The position numbers were made by a program, and so were the translations under genes. Below the pieces are notes generated by a model. The model was given only the letters and a program-made list of their open reading frames with translations, was not told the origin of the DNA and did no database searches. DNA of 63,713 nt from assembly GCA_016839585.1 (NCBI GenBank), contig JAEOTZ010000073.1:1-63713 (forward strand). Reading direction: 5' to 3'. Source of the DNA: Promethearchaeota archaeon (GTDB taxonomy: Archaea; Asgardarchaeota; Lokiarchaeia; Sigyniarchaeales; SOKP01). Shown here one piece after another: positions 1-10,126 of this stretch (positions are counted from its first letter, which is position 1; every line of letters starts with the position of its first letter).

Positions 1-107
1 ATCCTAGCTTTCTCATATCTAGTTAAAAAAATTGTTCCTATCTTGACATACTTTCTGACTTCTTTATAAATTTTTCTTAATTCTCGAGATTCTAAGAAGC
101 TAGACAT
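1..107 (-). CDS. rpoK: RNA polymerase subunit Rpo6/K (5' part; runs off the window)
   Basis: Manual translation MSSFLESRELRKIYKEVRKYVKIGTIFLTRYEKAR; LTRYEKAR is the Rpo6/RPB6 signature. Confidence 0.9.
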   Translation of the reverse strand, partial: MSSFLESRELRKIYKEVRKYVKIGTIFLTRYEKAR

Positions 108-226
108 GGTTTTGCAAACCAAAAAAATAAGTAATTAGATTTTAAAACGTATGATTTCATATAATCTTTTCGATTTTAAAAGTCATTAAAGTAAATGTGC
201 GAGGAGATATAGCTTAACATAATTAA

Positions 227-328
227 TGGGCCAAGGGAGAATCGAACTCCCGATCTCCCGCATGTGAGGCGGATATCTTTGGCGCTACATAATTAGCAAA
301 TTATCCTATACCACTAGATCATTGGCCC
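227..328 (-). tRNA. tRNA-Val(CAC) with a 30-nt D-arm intron (278-307)
   Basis: Acceptor GGGCCAA/TTGGCCC, anticodon arm TCCGC-CTCACAT-GCGGG, T-loop TTCGATT; removing 278-307 gives GGTAT|GATA, as in the intronless tRNA-Val(TAC) in this window. Confidence 0.9.
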
Positions 329-524
329 GGTGTTGTATATATTTAGAAATAATGAGTAATATGAATTAAATTTTACTTAATGATATAATTGAAATCGACT
401 TATTAATTTATTAGTAAATTAATTTAAGAATTTAAGAATTATTTAATGATCCTATAAAGTCTATCAGTTTAAATAATTTTTTTAAATTTTTCTATTATAA
501 ACCGAATTGGAATAAAATTCTCTG

Positions 525-2915
525 GTGATTTTAGTATCAGATAGTAAAGAATACATATCACATCCTTTAATAAAACAAAATCAAATTTTACGAAGGGATT
601 ACCAAGAAAACATCTTTATAAATTGCTTAAATCGTAATTGTTTAGTTGTTATTCCCACTGGGCTTGGTAAAACAATTATTGCGCTAATGCTTGCTGTGCA
701 AAAATTATCGGAAAATCCTAATTCAAAGGTGATATTTTTAGCTCCTACAAAACCATTAGTGGAGCAACACTATAAATCATTTTTAGATCTGACAACTCTT
801 CCTGAAGAATCACTAAAAACGCTTACTGGTACAACATCTCCAGAGAAAAGAAAGGATCTATGGCAGGATATACTGGTCGCTTTTATGACACCTCAAGTGC
901 TTCAAAATGATTTAATTTCAAATTTGTATTCAATTACGGATGTGTCATTAATAATCTTTGATGAATGTCATAGAGCTGTAGGAGATTATGCTTATTGTTT
1001 TATAGCAAAGAAATATGTAAGTCTCGTAAACAAATCTCAGGTCTTAGGTCTTACAGCTAGTCCAGGCTCTACTCGAGAAAAAATTAATGAGATTAAAGAT
1101 AACCTATTAATTGAACATATTGAAATTAGAAGTGATAAGGATTTAGATGTAAAACCATATATCCATAAAGTAGATAATAAATGGATAAAAATTAAATTAC
1201 CAGATGAGTTTTTAGAGGTAAAAAGGATACTAACAGAAAAATTAAAATCCAGTTATAAGTGGTTAAAGCAGAATGAATTAATAAATACTTATGATATAAA
1301 TAAAATCACTAGAAAAGATCTGCTCCAATTAAATAATAAGGTTAACCAAATGATATCCACTACTAGAGCAGATGTAGAAAAATTTATCTTATTTGACGCT
1401 AAAAAAATTCTTGCTAATGCGATTAGATTATCTCACATGACTGAATTAATTGAAACTCAAGGTATTAATGCATTACAAGAATATATAATGAAAAATGAAG
1501 ATAAAATTCTCAAAAATGTAGCAAATAAATCTTTAAAAGAATTATTCCATGATAAGGATATAAAGAGAGTAAAAAATCTGACTTTATCAATACTATCAAG
1601 GGGCATTGTTCATCCAAAGCTAGAAAAGTTAAAGGAAATTTTACAAGATCAACTGATTGATAATAAACTTTCAAGAATTTTAGTTTTTTGTCACTTCCGA
1701 GATTCAGTTAATAATATCGTCAGATTTTTTGAAAATGATAAGTTAATAAAAGCTCATAAATTTGTAGGACAACAATCAAAAGGATCTGATAAAGGATTAA
1801 CCCAGAAAGAACAGATAAAATTGCTTGAAGATTTCAAGGAAGGCATATATAATACTTTAATAGGAACCAGTGTTGCCGAGGAAGGACTAGATATAGCTGA
1901 ATGCGATTTAGTTGTTTTTTACGACGTTGTTCCAAGTGCTATTCGGCATATTCAACGTAGGGGACGTACAGGAAGAAAAAAAGAGGGAAAGGTTTTTGTG
2001 TTAATGGCAGAGGATACTAGGGATGAGGGTTATTATTGGGCAGAAAAAGTTAAAGAAAAAAATATGTTAGAGAGTTTAAAAAAACTAAAAAGCTCAGAAA
2101 AAGACTATGAAAAAGGTAATGATAATTCAAGAGCCCAGCAATCCTTATTAAGTTATATTGATCAGAAAGAAAATCATATAAAAGAAGAAAAGAATTTAGA
2201 ATCAAAAAATACAAAGACAGTACAGGAAACTATAAATAAAGCTCAATTGGATTCAATAGAAGAAAAAAATGATTTAATAATAATATGTGATAATCGTGAA
2301 ACTGCCTCTCCAGTTGTTCGAATACTATCTTTAATGGATATTGATATAAAATTACGACAACTAATAGTTGCTGATTATATAATTTCTAATCGTGTTGGGA
2401 TTGAAAGAAAAAGTGCTCAAGATTTTATTGATTCATTAAAAGATGGAAGACTTTTTAATGAGCTATTCGAATTAAAAAAGAATTTTGAAATGCCCATATT
2501 AATTTTAGAAGGAGATCCATTTTTAGAATCTAACATAAATCAAAACGCTTTATATGGAGCAATAACTTCAATCATACTGAACATAGGGATAAATGTTTAT
2601 AGAACAACCAATTCTGAAGAAACTGCTAATTTTTTGTATCAATTAGCTAAAAAAGAACAGTCAAAATTAGTAAGTTCAATTAAATTGCGATTTGAAAAAA
2701 AACCAATTGAAACCTCTCGTTTATTAGAATATATAATCGCTGGATTACCCGGCGTAAATGCCTTAAGAGCAAAAAATTTATTAAAAGATTTAAAAACCTT
2801 ACAAAATATCTTTTTGGCAGATATACCTGAATTAACTAAAATCGAGAATATTGGTAAAAAAATAGCGCAACAAATATTTAAAATTAGTAGATATAAGTAC
2901 AAAAGTTATAATTAA
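525..2915 (+). CDS. hef: Hef/FANCM-like SF2 helicase fused to ERCC4 nuclease and HhH domains
   Basis: PTGLGKT, DECH, TAS and QRRGRTGR motifs; C-terminal DNRE/ERKS nuclease motifs and HhH. Confidence 0.95.
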   Translation: MILVSDSKEYISHPLIKQNQILRRDYQENIFINCLNRNCLVVIPTGLGKTIIALMLAVQKLSENPNSKVIFLAPTKPLVEQHYKSFLDLTTLPEESLKTLTGTTSPEKRKDLWQDILVAFMTPQVLQNDLISNLYSITDVSLIIFDECHRAVGDYAYCFIAKKYVSLVNKSQVLGLTASPGSTREKINEIKDNLLIEHIEIRSDKDLDVKPYIHKVDNKWIKIKLPDEFLEVKRILTEKLKSSYKWLKQNELINTYDINKITRKDLLQLNNKVNQMISTTRADVEKFILFDAKKILANAIRLSHMTELIETQGINALQEYIMKNEDKILKNVANKSLKELFHDKDIKRVKNLTLSILSRGIVHPKLEKLKEILQDQLIDNKLSRILVFCHFRDSVNNIVRFFENDKLIKAHKFVGQQSKGSDKGLTQKEQIKLLEDFKEGIYNTLIGTSVAEEGLDIAECDLVVFYDVVPSAIRHIQRRGRTGRKKEGKVFVLMAEDTRDEGYYWAEKVKEKNMLESLKKLKSSEKDYEKGNDNSRAQQSLLSYIDQKENHIKEEKNLESKNTKTVQETINKAQLDSIEEKNDLIIICDNRETASPVVRILSLMDIDIKLRQLIVADYIISNRVGIERKSAQDFIDSLKDGRLFNELFELKKNFEMPILILEGDPFLESNINQNALYGAITSIILNIGINVYRTTNSEETANFLYQLAKKEQSKLVSSIKLRFEKKPIETSRLLEYIIAGLPGVNALRAKNLLKDLKTLQNIFLADIPELTKIENIGKKIAQQIFKISRYKYKSYN

Positions 2916-3054
2916 TTTTGAGTTATAAAGATTAATTTAGGATATTAAAACTATAAAAAAGTTTTTTATTCTTTTCAATAATAATTAATAATATTATTGA
3001 ATTTAATTCAGTTGTATTATATTTTTTAGAATGATTATTTGAGCGAGAAAAGAT

Positions 3055-3639
3055 ATGATAAAGTTTAAAGTTGTTGTTGCAGGGGCTAAAAATGTTGGAA
3101 AAACAAGCTTGATTCGTAGATATGCGACAGGGAAATTTGATAAATCAACATTATCTACAATTGGTGTTGATTTTGAGACAAAAAAAGTGGTAGTTGATAA
3201 TACAGAAATTTTGTTGAATATTTGGGATTTTGCAGGTGAAGAACGATTTCGGGTCTTATTTCCTTCTTATATATCTGGAGCTTCTGGAGCTTTGATGCTA
3301 TATGATGTTACAAATGAGGATTCATTAAATGATCTTTATGACTGGATAAATGTCATCTCATCTGTTCCAAATGCCCCTAAAACAAAAATTTTGATTGAAG
3401 CAAAGATTGATTTAGAACGTAAGGTAAAAAGAGAGGATGCATTGAAGGCGTTTGAAAAGTTTAAGTTTCAGGGAGATTTAATTAGTACTTCTTCTAAAAC
3501 GGGAGATAATGTTGAAAAAGCTTTCGAAATGCTTGGAAGAGAAATAATAAAAAATTCTTTAAGAAAATGTACTAAATGTGGAGAATTATATCCCTTAGAA
3601 ATGAAGTTTTGTCAATATTGTGGAACTAAAACTAATTAA
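3055..3639 (+). CDS. Rab/Ras-like small GTPase with C-terminal zinc ribbon
   Basis: GAKNVGKT, TIGVDF, WDFAGEE, TSSK; CxxC-x10-CxxC tail. Confidence 0.9.
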   Translation: MIKFKVVVAGAKNVGKTSLIRRYATGKFDKSTLSTIGVDFETKKVVVDNTEILLNIWDFAGEERFRVLFPSYISGASGALMLYDVTNEDSLNDLYDWINVISSVPNAPKTKILIEAKIDLERKVKREDALKAFEKFKFQGDLISTSSKTGDNVEKAFEMLGREIIKNSLRKCTKCGELYPLEMKFCQYCGTKTN

Positions 3640-3812
3640 AGCTCTCGCTCTTTATATTTGCTTGATTATTTTTCTCTTTTTATAGAATAAAGAACTTTAG
3701 CATTAAATATAATTTTAATTTCTTAAAAATGCTTTAAACTTAAAGAAAAATTTATTTACAAGAATAAATAAAAAAAAGTATAGTAAAGGTTATTGAAGTA
3801 TACTAAAGGTTA

Positions 3813-4889
3813 TTGAAGTTGTATTACAATTTTGATGAAGATATTCAAGAGATAATAAACCGATTAAAACGTGAAAATATAACTTTTGAAAATAAAGTAA
3901 TTTTAGTAACTGGTGGGGCAGGTTTTCTTGGCTCATGGGTGTGTGATGTATTAGTAGAACAGGGTGCGTACTGCGTCTGTTTAGATAATTTAACCTCAGG
4001 ACAACCTGAAAATATAATACACCTTATGCAGAAAGACAATTTTCGCTTTATCAATCATGATATATCTTATCCTATATACTTTGGCTTTTCTTATCATCCA
4101 TTGGGAATCTGTGTGGATGAAATTAAAAGAATTGATATTGTTATGCATATGGCAAGTCGAGCTTCACCTTTTGAGTTTGCAGAAGAACCCATATCTATTT
4201 TGAGAAGTAATACACTAGGAACATTGAATACCTTGGGGATTGCGAAATTCCATAATGCTATATTTTTTTATACAAGTACTTCTGAAGTCTATGGAAATCC
4301 ACCAAAAGAATCTGTTCCTACACCGGAAAGTTATTTTGGACATGTAAACCCTGTTGGACCTAGAAGCTGTTATGATGAGTCTAAAAGAGCAGGAGAAGCA
4401 TTTATTAAAGCTTATGAACTTCAACATCAAATGAGAACAAAAATCGTGAGAATCTTTAATACAGCAGGACCTAGAATACGATATGGACCTGAATTTGGAA
4501 GAGTTGTTCCCAACTTCATACACCAAGCCATACACGATGAAGATATTATTGTTTTTGGAGATGGATCACAAACTAGATCTTTTATCTATGTAGTCGATGA
4601 GATTGAAGGGATACTCAAAATGGTTCATAAAGATGAGGCCATTGGAGACGTTATTAATTTGGGTAATAATAAGGAATATACAATTCTAGAATTAGCTAAT
4701 ATCATAAAAGATTTAACGAATTCTAACTCAAAAATTATGTTTAAACCATTACCTATTGATGATCCAGTCCGAAGGTGTCCTGATATACAAAAAGCAAAGG
4801 AAATTCTCAATTGGGAACCAACAACGTCTCTAAAGGACGGTTTGAAAAAAACAATTGCTTGGTTTAAAGATAATGAGCGTAAAAGTTAA
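3813..4889 (+). CDS. UDP-glucuronate decarboxylase-like NAD-dependent epimerase/dehydratase
   Basis: TGGAGFLG, STSEVYG, RSCYDESKR, DDPVRRCPDI. Confidence 0.9.
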   Translation: MKLYYNFDEDIQEIINRLKRENITFENKVILVTGGAGFLGSWVCDVLVEQGAYCVCLDNLTSGQPENIIHLMQKDNFRFINHDISYPIYFGFSYHPLGICVDEIKRIDIVMHMASRASPFEFAEEPISILRSNTLGTLNTLGIAKFHNAIFFYTSTSEVYGNPPKESVPTPESYFGHVNPVGPRSCYDESKRAGEAFIKAYELQHQMRTKIVRIFNTAGPRIRYGPEFGRVVPNFIHQAIHDEDIIVFGDGSQTRSFIYVVDEIEGILKMVHKDEAIGDVINLGNNKEYTILELANIIKDLTNSNSKIMFKPLPIDDPVRRCPDIQKAKEILNWEPTTSLKDGLKKTIAWFKDNERKS

Positions 4890-5397
4890 GAGTAATGAAA
4901 AAATAAACCTAAAGATCAGTAATAAACAGTTTGAGATTATATTAAAAATCTGTTTAATTATTGGTATTATTATAATTTCAGGTTTTATATTCTATTACAT
5001 TTTTACTCCTGAGCCCGGATATGTTACTTTTGGAATTTTAAATGAGAATCAAAAGGCTGAAGATTATCCTACCGAAGCGCCTGTTAATGATAGTGTTTCT
5101 TTTTATGTCACTGTAGATAATTATTTAAATAAAGAATTTACGTTTCGAATTAAAATAAAGAAAGGAGATAGTAATACTGTACTTAGTACAGTATTTGGCA
5201 CAAATGGTACTCTTCATTCTATAATTGGAAACTTTACTTTAAAAAATAACGAGAATTGGATTTCTGAAAAATTAAATGTTTCTTTCTCAGAAGTAGGGGA
5301 AAATCAAATAATTTTTACTGAATTATGGCAGATCACTAGCGATGTTGAAGAGAAATTTTATAATATCTTGTGGCTCAGATTGAACATTACAGCTTAA
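4873..5397 (+). CDS. DUF1616-like membrane-anchored protein
   Basis: One N-terminal TM helix, KAEDYP motif, LWLRLNI C-terminus; ATG at 4873 preferred over TTG at 4855. Confidence 0.6.
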   Translation: MSVKVKSNEKINLKISNKQFEIILKICLIIGIIIISGFIFYYIFTPEPGYVTFGILNENQKAEDYPTEAPVNDSVSFYVTVDNYLNKEFTFRIKIKKGDSNTVLSTVFGTNGTLHSIIGNFTLKNNENWISEKLNVSFSEVGENQIIFTELWQITSDVEEKFYNILWLRLNITA

Positions 5398-5399
5398 TT

Positions 5400-6770
5400 T
5401 TATCCACCGATTATTTGAACGTCCTTTACTTTAACAAATGGTGCGTGAAAAGAGCCATAGATTTTGAATTCTTTTGAAACAGCATTTATATTTTTGAAAA
5501 GATCTAAAAGATTAATTCCAAACATAGTTTTATTTAATGGTTCCTTAATTTCTCCATTTTTAATTAAATTTCCATGCAAAATAAGCCCTGAAAAGTCTCC
5601 GGTTGAAATATTAGGAGAATCTCCAGTATAATCTAAAAGAATTCCCTCTTTAATATCTTTTAATATTTCATCTTTAGAATGATTTCCTGGTTTTAAAATG
5701 AAATTAGAATTACCAATAGAAGGTATAGAACTATAAGAATTTCGAGATGCGTTGCCCGTACTTTCAATATTATCTTTTCCAGCAGTATAACTGTTATGTA
5801 ATAATCCTGTTTTAAGAAATTTACCTCTTTCAAATATCTTTTTATTTTTGCAAGGAACTCCTTCACCATCAAATGATGAAGATCCAGTAGCACCATCAAT
5901 TAAGGCATTGTCCTCAATATTCAAATAATTTGACCCTATTACTTCTTCTCTTTTCCCGATCAAAAAGCTTCTTTTATACTGGAAAGTCTCTGCATTAATA
6001 GCAGATGCTATCGGATTTAAAATTAAATTAATTGTACCAAAAGGGGTTAAAAGTAAGGTTACTTTCATACTTTTTATTTTAATCCTATTTAAATTTCTTT
6101 TAGCTTTTTCTAAAGCATTTGATGCAATTTTTTTTGTATTAATCTCGCTTAAAGTTCTCATAGATTGCCAATCATAGCCAAAAGAAGTTTCATTACTAAC
6201 TTTATCTTTAACAATTATATTTGAAGATATTGAGCAACTGGTCTCTTTTCCAGTTATAAATAAACCATTTGAGTTAAAAATATAGGTTTTAGTATAATTG
6301 GATAGAAAATTACCAGATTGAGAAATCGCTAATTCATCTTGACTGCATACTTGAATTAAATCTTCAACATATTTTAGAGATTCGTCAATTTCTAAATTTT
6401 TTAAATTATTATCGTATAAATTCTTCACATCTGGGTATTTATTATATTGATTAGGTAAGTTCTTAAAATCAAGGTCTATAGTGCCAGCATTCATCATCTT
6501 AAGAGCAATACTTATCATCTTTTCAATTGATTTTTTTTCTACTCTATTAGTAAAAGCAAACCCTAGGGAACCTTTTTTATTAATTACTCTAATAGCAGTC
6601 CCATAATCATCTCCTACCTCACTATTTTTAACAGAATTTTCTTCAATTTCAATATTAATATGATTATTTTTCCCAAAGAATATTTCAGCACATTTCAGAT
6701 CAGAGTTACTTCGCTCGGCTAATTTTAATCCATAATTTGCCAAGCTATAAACATCAGAATTATGGTCCAT
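5400..6770 (-). CDS. pmbA: PmbA/TldE family protein
   Basis: FDGEG, STGNA, TGDFS; no HExxH; paired with tldD. Confidence 0.9.
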   Translation of the reverse strand: MDHNSDVYSLANYGLKLAERSNSDLKCAEIFFGKNNHINIEIEENSVKNSEVGDDYGTAIRVINKKGSLGFAFTNRVEKKSIEKMISIALKMMNAGTIDLDFKNLPNQYNKYPDVKNLYDNNLKNLEIDESLKYVEDLIQVCSQDELAISQSGNFLSNYTKTYIFNSNGLFITGKETSCSISSNIIVKDKVSNETSFGYDWQSMRTLSEINTKKIASNALEKAKRNLNRIKIKSMKVTLLLTPFGTINLILNPIASAINAETFQYKRSFLIGKREEVIGSNYLNIEDNALIDGATGSSSFDGEGVPCKNKKIFERGKFLKTGLLHNSYTAGKDNIESTGNASRNSYSSIPSIGNSNFILKPGNHSKDEILKDIKEGILLDYTGDSPNISTGDFSGLILHGNLIKNGEIKEPLNKTMFGINLLDLFKNINAVSKEFKIYGSFHAPFVKVKDVQIIGG

Positions 6771-8216
6771 TTAATTTAAACCCCCAACTGTTATATCCTC
6801 AGTTCTTATATATGGCCCACCATCACATACTCTAATACTTTGACCACCTTTTCCACAGATTCCATCTGAATAATTCATAGTTTTTCCAATAGCAGAAATT
6901 TTATTAAGTACTTCAAGAGTCAAGCCAGAGAGGGATACGTCTCGCATTAATTCTCTTTTTTCTCCATGCTCAATTTTATATGAGAGTTTACATTTAAATT
7001 GAAAATTTCCAGTAGTAGGATCTGTGTACCCATATTGAAAATCTTCACATAATACCCCGTTTTTTGTATCCTCAATTATTTCTTCATATTCCCAATCTTT
7101 TGGTACTAAATAAGTAAAACCCATCCTAACTTGGGGTCTTGAACTACATGAATTTGCCCTGCCATGCCCATTAGATGGAACTGCCATTCTTGAAGATGTT
7201 TCTAAACTGTGTAAATAGTTTCTTAATATACCATCTTCAATTATTATTGTTTTTTGCGAGGGAGTTCCCTCATCATCAGTAAAATAACTACCAAATAATT
7301 CATAGGGCAAATTAAATTTTTTGCTTTGATTCATAGTCGGATCATCGATAATTTTTATATCATCCATAGCAATTTTTTTTCCAATTTTTCCTTCTAATAT
7401 GCTTTCTTTATTTAAAACTAAATCTGCTTCACAAGCATGCCCAAAAGCTTCATGTATAAAAGTTCCTGTTAATTTTGGATCCATTATAACGGTAAATTTA
7501 CCTCCAACTGGAGAATTTGCATTTAGTAAGTCTACTGCTTCCTTAGCTGTTTTTTCAGTCAAATTATTTGCTCCTTCAGTTTCACTTATTTCAAAACCTC
7601 CAATTCCTCCAATAGAATTTATGGATCTTTGAAGGATACCTTTCTCTTTGGCATAAATTAAACTAAATAACCTTAAAAATGATAAATCTTGAATAATATG
7701 GTGCCCAAATGAACTAAAAATCAAATCTTGGGAGTGCCCATCCAAATATAAAGTATGAGTATTTTTTATTTTCGGTGAATATTCTGAGGCGATTTTCTCA
7801 TGACGCTTTACAATTTGTATTTTTTCATCAATGCCAATATCCTCTAATCTTTTTTTACAAGTAATTTTAAAATTTTTAATTAAGGGGTCTCTATTTCTAA
7901 TTTTAAATTTATTTTTACATAAAGATTCTGATAATTTAGCTAATTTTACTGCTTTTAAAAATCCGTTAATTATAGTGTTCCTATTTGGATTTTTTAGAAC
8001 ATTAAAACCCCAACCTCCATTGACAAAAGTCCTAATTCCGCACTCGATAATTTCATATGACGATATTTCCTTGCTTTTTTGGTCAGTAAAGTCTAGATTA
8101 GTCCCCGTTTTCACTCCGATTCGAATATCCCAGTAATCAATTTTATCTTTAGCTATTTTTTGTAATTCGTAAGTTAATTTTTCATCAGCAATTTTTAAAT
8201 CTTCTGCGATATCCAA
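6771..8216 (-). CDS. tldD: TldD metalloprotease
   Basis: HEAFGH, DDEG, CGKGGQ motifs. Confidence 0.93.
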   Translation of the reverse strand: MDIAEDLKIADEKLTYELQKIAKDKIDYWDIRIGVKTGTNLDFTDQKSKEISSYEIIECGIRTFVNGGWGFNVLKNPNRNTIINGFLKAVKLAKLSESLCKNKFKIRNRDPLIKNFKITCKKRLEDIGIDEKIQIVKRHEKIASEYSPKIKNTHTLYLDGHSQDLIFSSFGHHIIQDLSFLRLFSLIYAKEKGILQRSINSIGGIGGFEISETEGANNLTEKTAKEAVDLLNANSPVGGKFTVIMDPKLTGTFIHEAFGHACEADLVLNKESILEGKIGKKIAMDDIKIIDDPTMNQSKKFNLPYELFGSYFTDDEGTPSQKTIIIEDGILRNYLHSLETSSRMAVPSNGHGRANSCSSRPQVRMGFTYLVPKDWEYEEIIEDTKNGVLCEDFQYGYTDPTTGNFQFKCKLSYKIEHGEKRELMRDVSLSGLTLEVLNKISAIGKTMNYSDGICGKGGQSIRVCDGGPYIRTEDITVGGLN

Positions 8217-8324
8217 GATAATCTAATTGATTGTTTAAATTTAAATAAGAATAATTAACCAAAGTGTTTAAAAAAGATTATTTAAATATCTATGGTTTTT
8301 AAAAAGGATTATTAATAATAACTT

Positions 8325-8555
8325 TTAAATTTGAGTGTAAAAATTAGAAAACCCCTTATCTTCCATTTTATTCTTCAATTCCTTAATAATTGTAATTGCT
8401 ATTTTAATAGAACAGTTTTTAGTAAATTTTAGAGATTTTTTAATAAGAAATGATCGATTACATTTCCAACATTTTTTAGTTTTAATTATTCTTGTTGAAT
8501 AGAACCATTCACCACAATGATAACACCGAAAAAAATAGAATTTCTGATTATACAT
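8325..8555 (-). CDS. Small zinc-ribbon protein (DUF1922-like)
   Basis: FRCYHCG...KTKKCWKC. Confidence 0.65.
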   Translation of the reverse strand: MYNQKFYFFRCYHCGEWFYSTRIIKTKKCWKCNRSFLIKKSLKFTKNCSIKIAITIIKELKNKMEDKGFSNFYTQI

Positions 8556-8746
8556 TCCATAATATAATTTAAAGTATAATTTATAATGGTTTAAAGATTA
8601 GTAGTTTTCTAATTTTTTTTATCAATTAATAAGAATGATTTTTTATTGCTTTTCATCTCAAATGAAATATTATTAGTTAATAAATATCTAATAAAAAAGA
8701 TAATATTACTATCCTTCATTTTTTCAATTAGGGAAAGTATTATTAG

Positions 8747-10117
8747 ATGAGAAAAGGAATGGATCATAAATTTATTCACCCAATTGAGACACGCTATCGA
8801 ACTGAGATAGCAGCTCTTTTTACAGAAGAAAAAAAATTAGAAAATTGGTTAAAAGTAGAAGCAGCATTAGCTAGGGTACATGCAAAGCTTGGTAATATTC
8901 CAACAGAAGCTGCTGAAGAGATAAGTAAAAAGGCAAATATTAAATATGTTAAAGTTGAAAGAGTTAAGGAAATAGATAGCCAAATACACCACGATTTGAT
9001 GGCAATGGTTAAAAGTTTAGCTGAACAATGTGAAGGTGATGCTGGAAAATATATTCATTTAGGAGTTACCAGTTATGATATTGAAGATAGTGCTATGGGA
9101 TTACAGTTAAAAGCGGCATTAAATTATATTAGAGATTCTCTGAAAAATTTATTAAAAGAATTATTAAGAATTATTGCTGAAAAAAAGAACCTAGTCTGTA
9201 TTGGACGAACACACGGTCAACATGCAGTGCCTACTACATATGGAATGCGGTTTGGAATATGGGCATATGAAATTGATAGACATTTGGATCGTATTTTAGA
9301 AGTTTTAGAACGTATCTCGTATGGTAAAATGTCTGGTGCTGTGGGTACAATGGCTAGTTTTGGAAATAAAGGTATAGAAATACAAAATAATGTTATGAAA
9401 GAATTAGGTTTAAATCCTGTTCTTTTAGCCAACCAAATTATGCAAAGGGATAGGCATGCTGAAGTTTTGTTTTTAACTGCTTTAATTGGACAAACCCTTG
9501 CTAAGATAGCCCGAGAAAACCGGATTTTACAACGAAACGAAATAGCAGAAATGTTTGAACCCTTTAAAAAAGAACAAGTTGGAAGTTCTACAATGCCTCA
9601 CAAGAGAAATCCTCACAAGTCAGAGAGAATCTGTAGTTTAGCAAGAATTATTAAATCTAACGTTATTCCTGCATTGGATAATATAGTGTTAGAAGACGAG
9701 AGAGATATAACAAATTCTGCTTCTGAAAGGGTGATTTTTGCGGAAAATTTCATATTATTGGATTATATGATTAGAGAATTAAACCGTAATCTTGAAGGAA
9801 TTGAATTCAACGAAAGTAAAATAGAAGAAAATCTTAATCTTACTAAAGGTGCTTGTTTATCTGAAAGGGTTATGGTTGAGTTAGTTAAAAGAGGAATAGG
9901 AAGACAAGAAGGACATGAAATTTTAAGAGAAGCTGCAATAGTTTCAAGGAATGAAAATAAATTTATAAAGGATATTTTATATGAAAATCAAATAATCAGT
10001 AAACAGTTTTCTAAGGAAGAATTAGATCATTTATTGGATCCACATAAATATATTGGGACAGCGGTCGAGCAAACCGAAAATCTTTTGAAAATTCTAAAGA
10101 AAAAATATAATTGGTAA
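8747..10117 (+). CDS. purB: Adenylosuccinate lyase
   Basis: GRTHGQHA, GSSTMPHKRNP. Confidence 0.97.
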   Translation: MRKGMDHKFIHPIETRYRTEIAALFTEEKKLENWLKVEAALARVHAKLGNIPTEAAEEISKKANIKYVKVERVKEIDSQIHHDLMAMVKSLAEQCEGDAGKYIHLGVTSYDIEDSAMGLQLKAALNYIRDSLKNLLKELLRIIAEKKNLVCIGRTHGQHAVPTTYGMRFGIWAYEIDRHLDRILEVLERISYGKMSGAVGTMASFGNKGIEIQNNVMKELGLNPVLLANQIMQRDRHAEVLFLTALIGQTLAKIARENRILQRNEIAEMFEPFKKEQVGSSTMPHKRNPHKSERICSLARIIKSNVIPALDNIVLEDERDITNSASERVIFAENFILLDYMIRELNRNLEGIEFNESKIEENLNLTKGACLSERVMVELVKRGIGRQEGHEILREAAIVSRNENKFIKDILYENQIISKQFSKEELDHLLDPHKYIGTAVEQTENLLKILKKKYNW

Positions 10118-10126
10118 ATAAAAATA

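Noticed and set aside
4075-4130. About 15-aa insertion in the UDP-glucuronate decarboxylase with a hairpin (TCATCCAT/GTGGATGA) as a possible in-frame intron
   Set aside because: No 4-bp central helix with 3-nt bulges could be built and the frame is open; more likely a protein loop.
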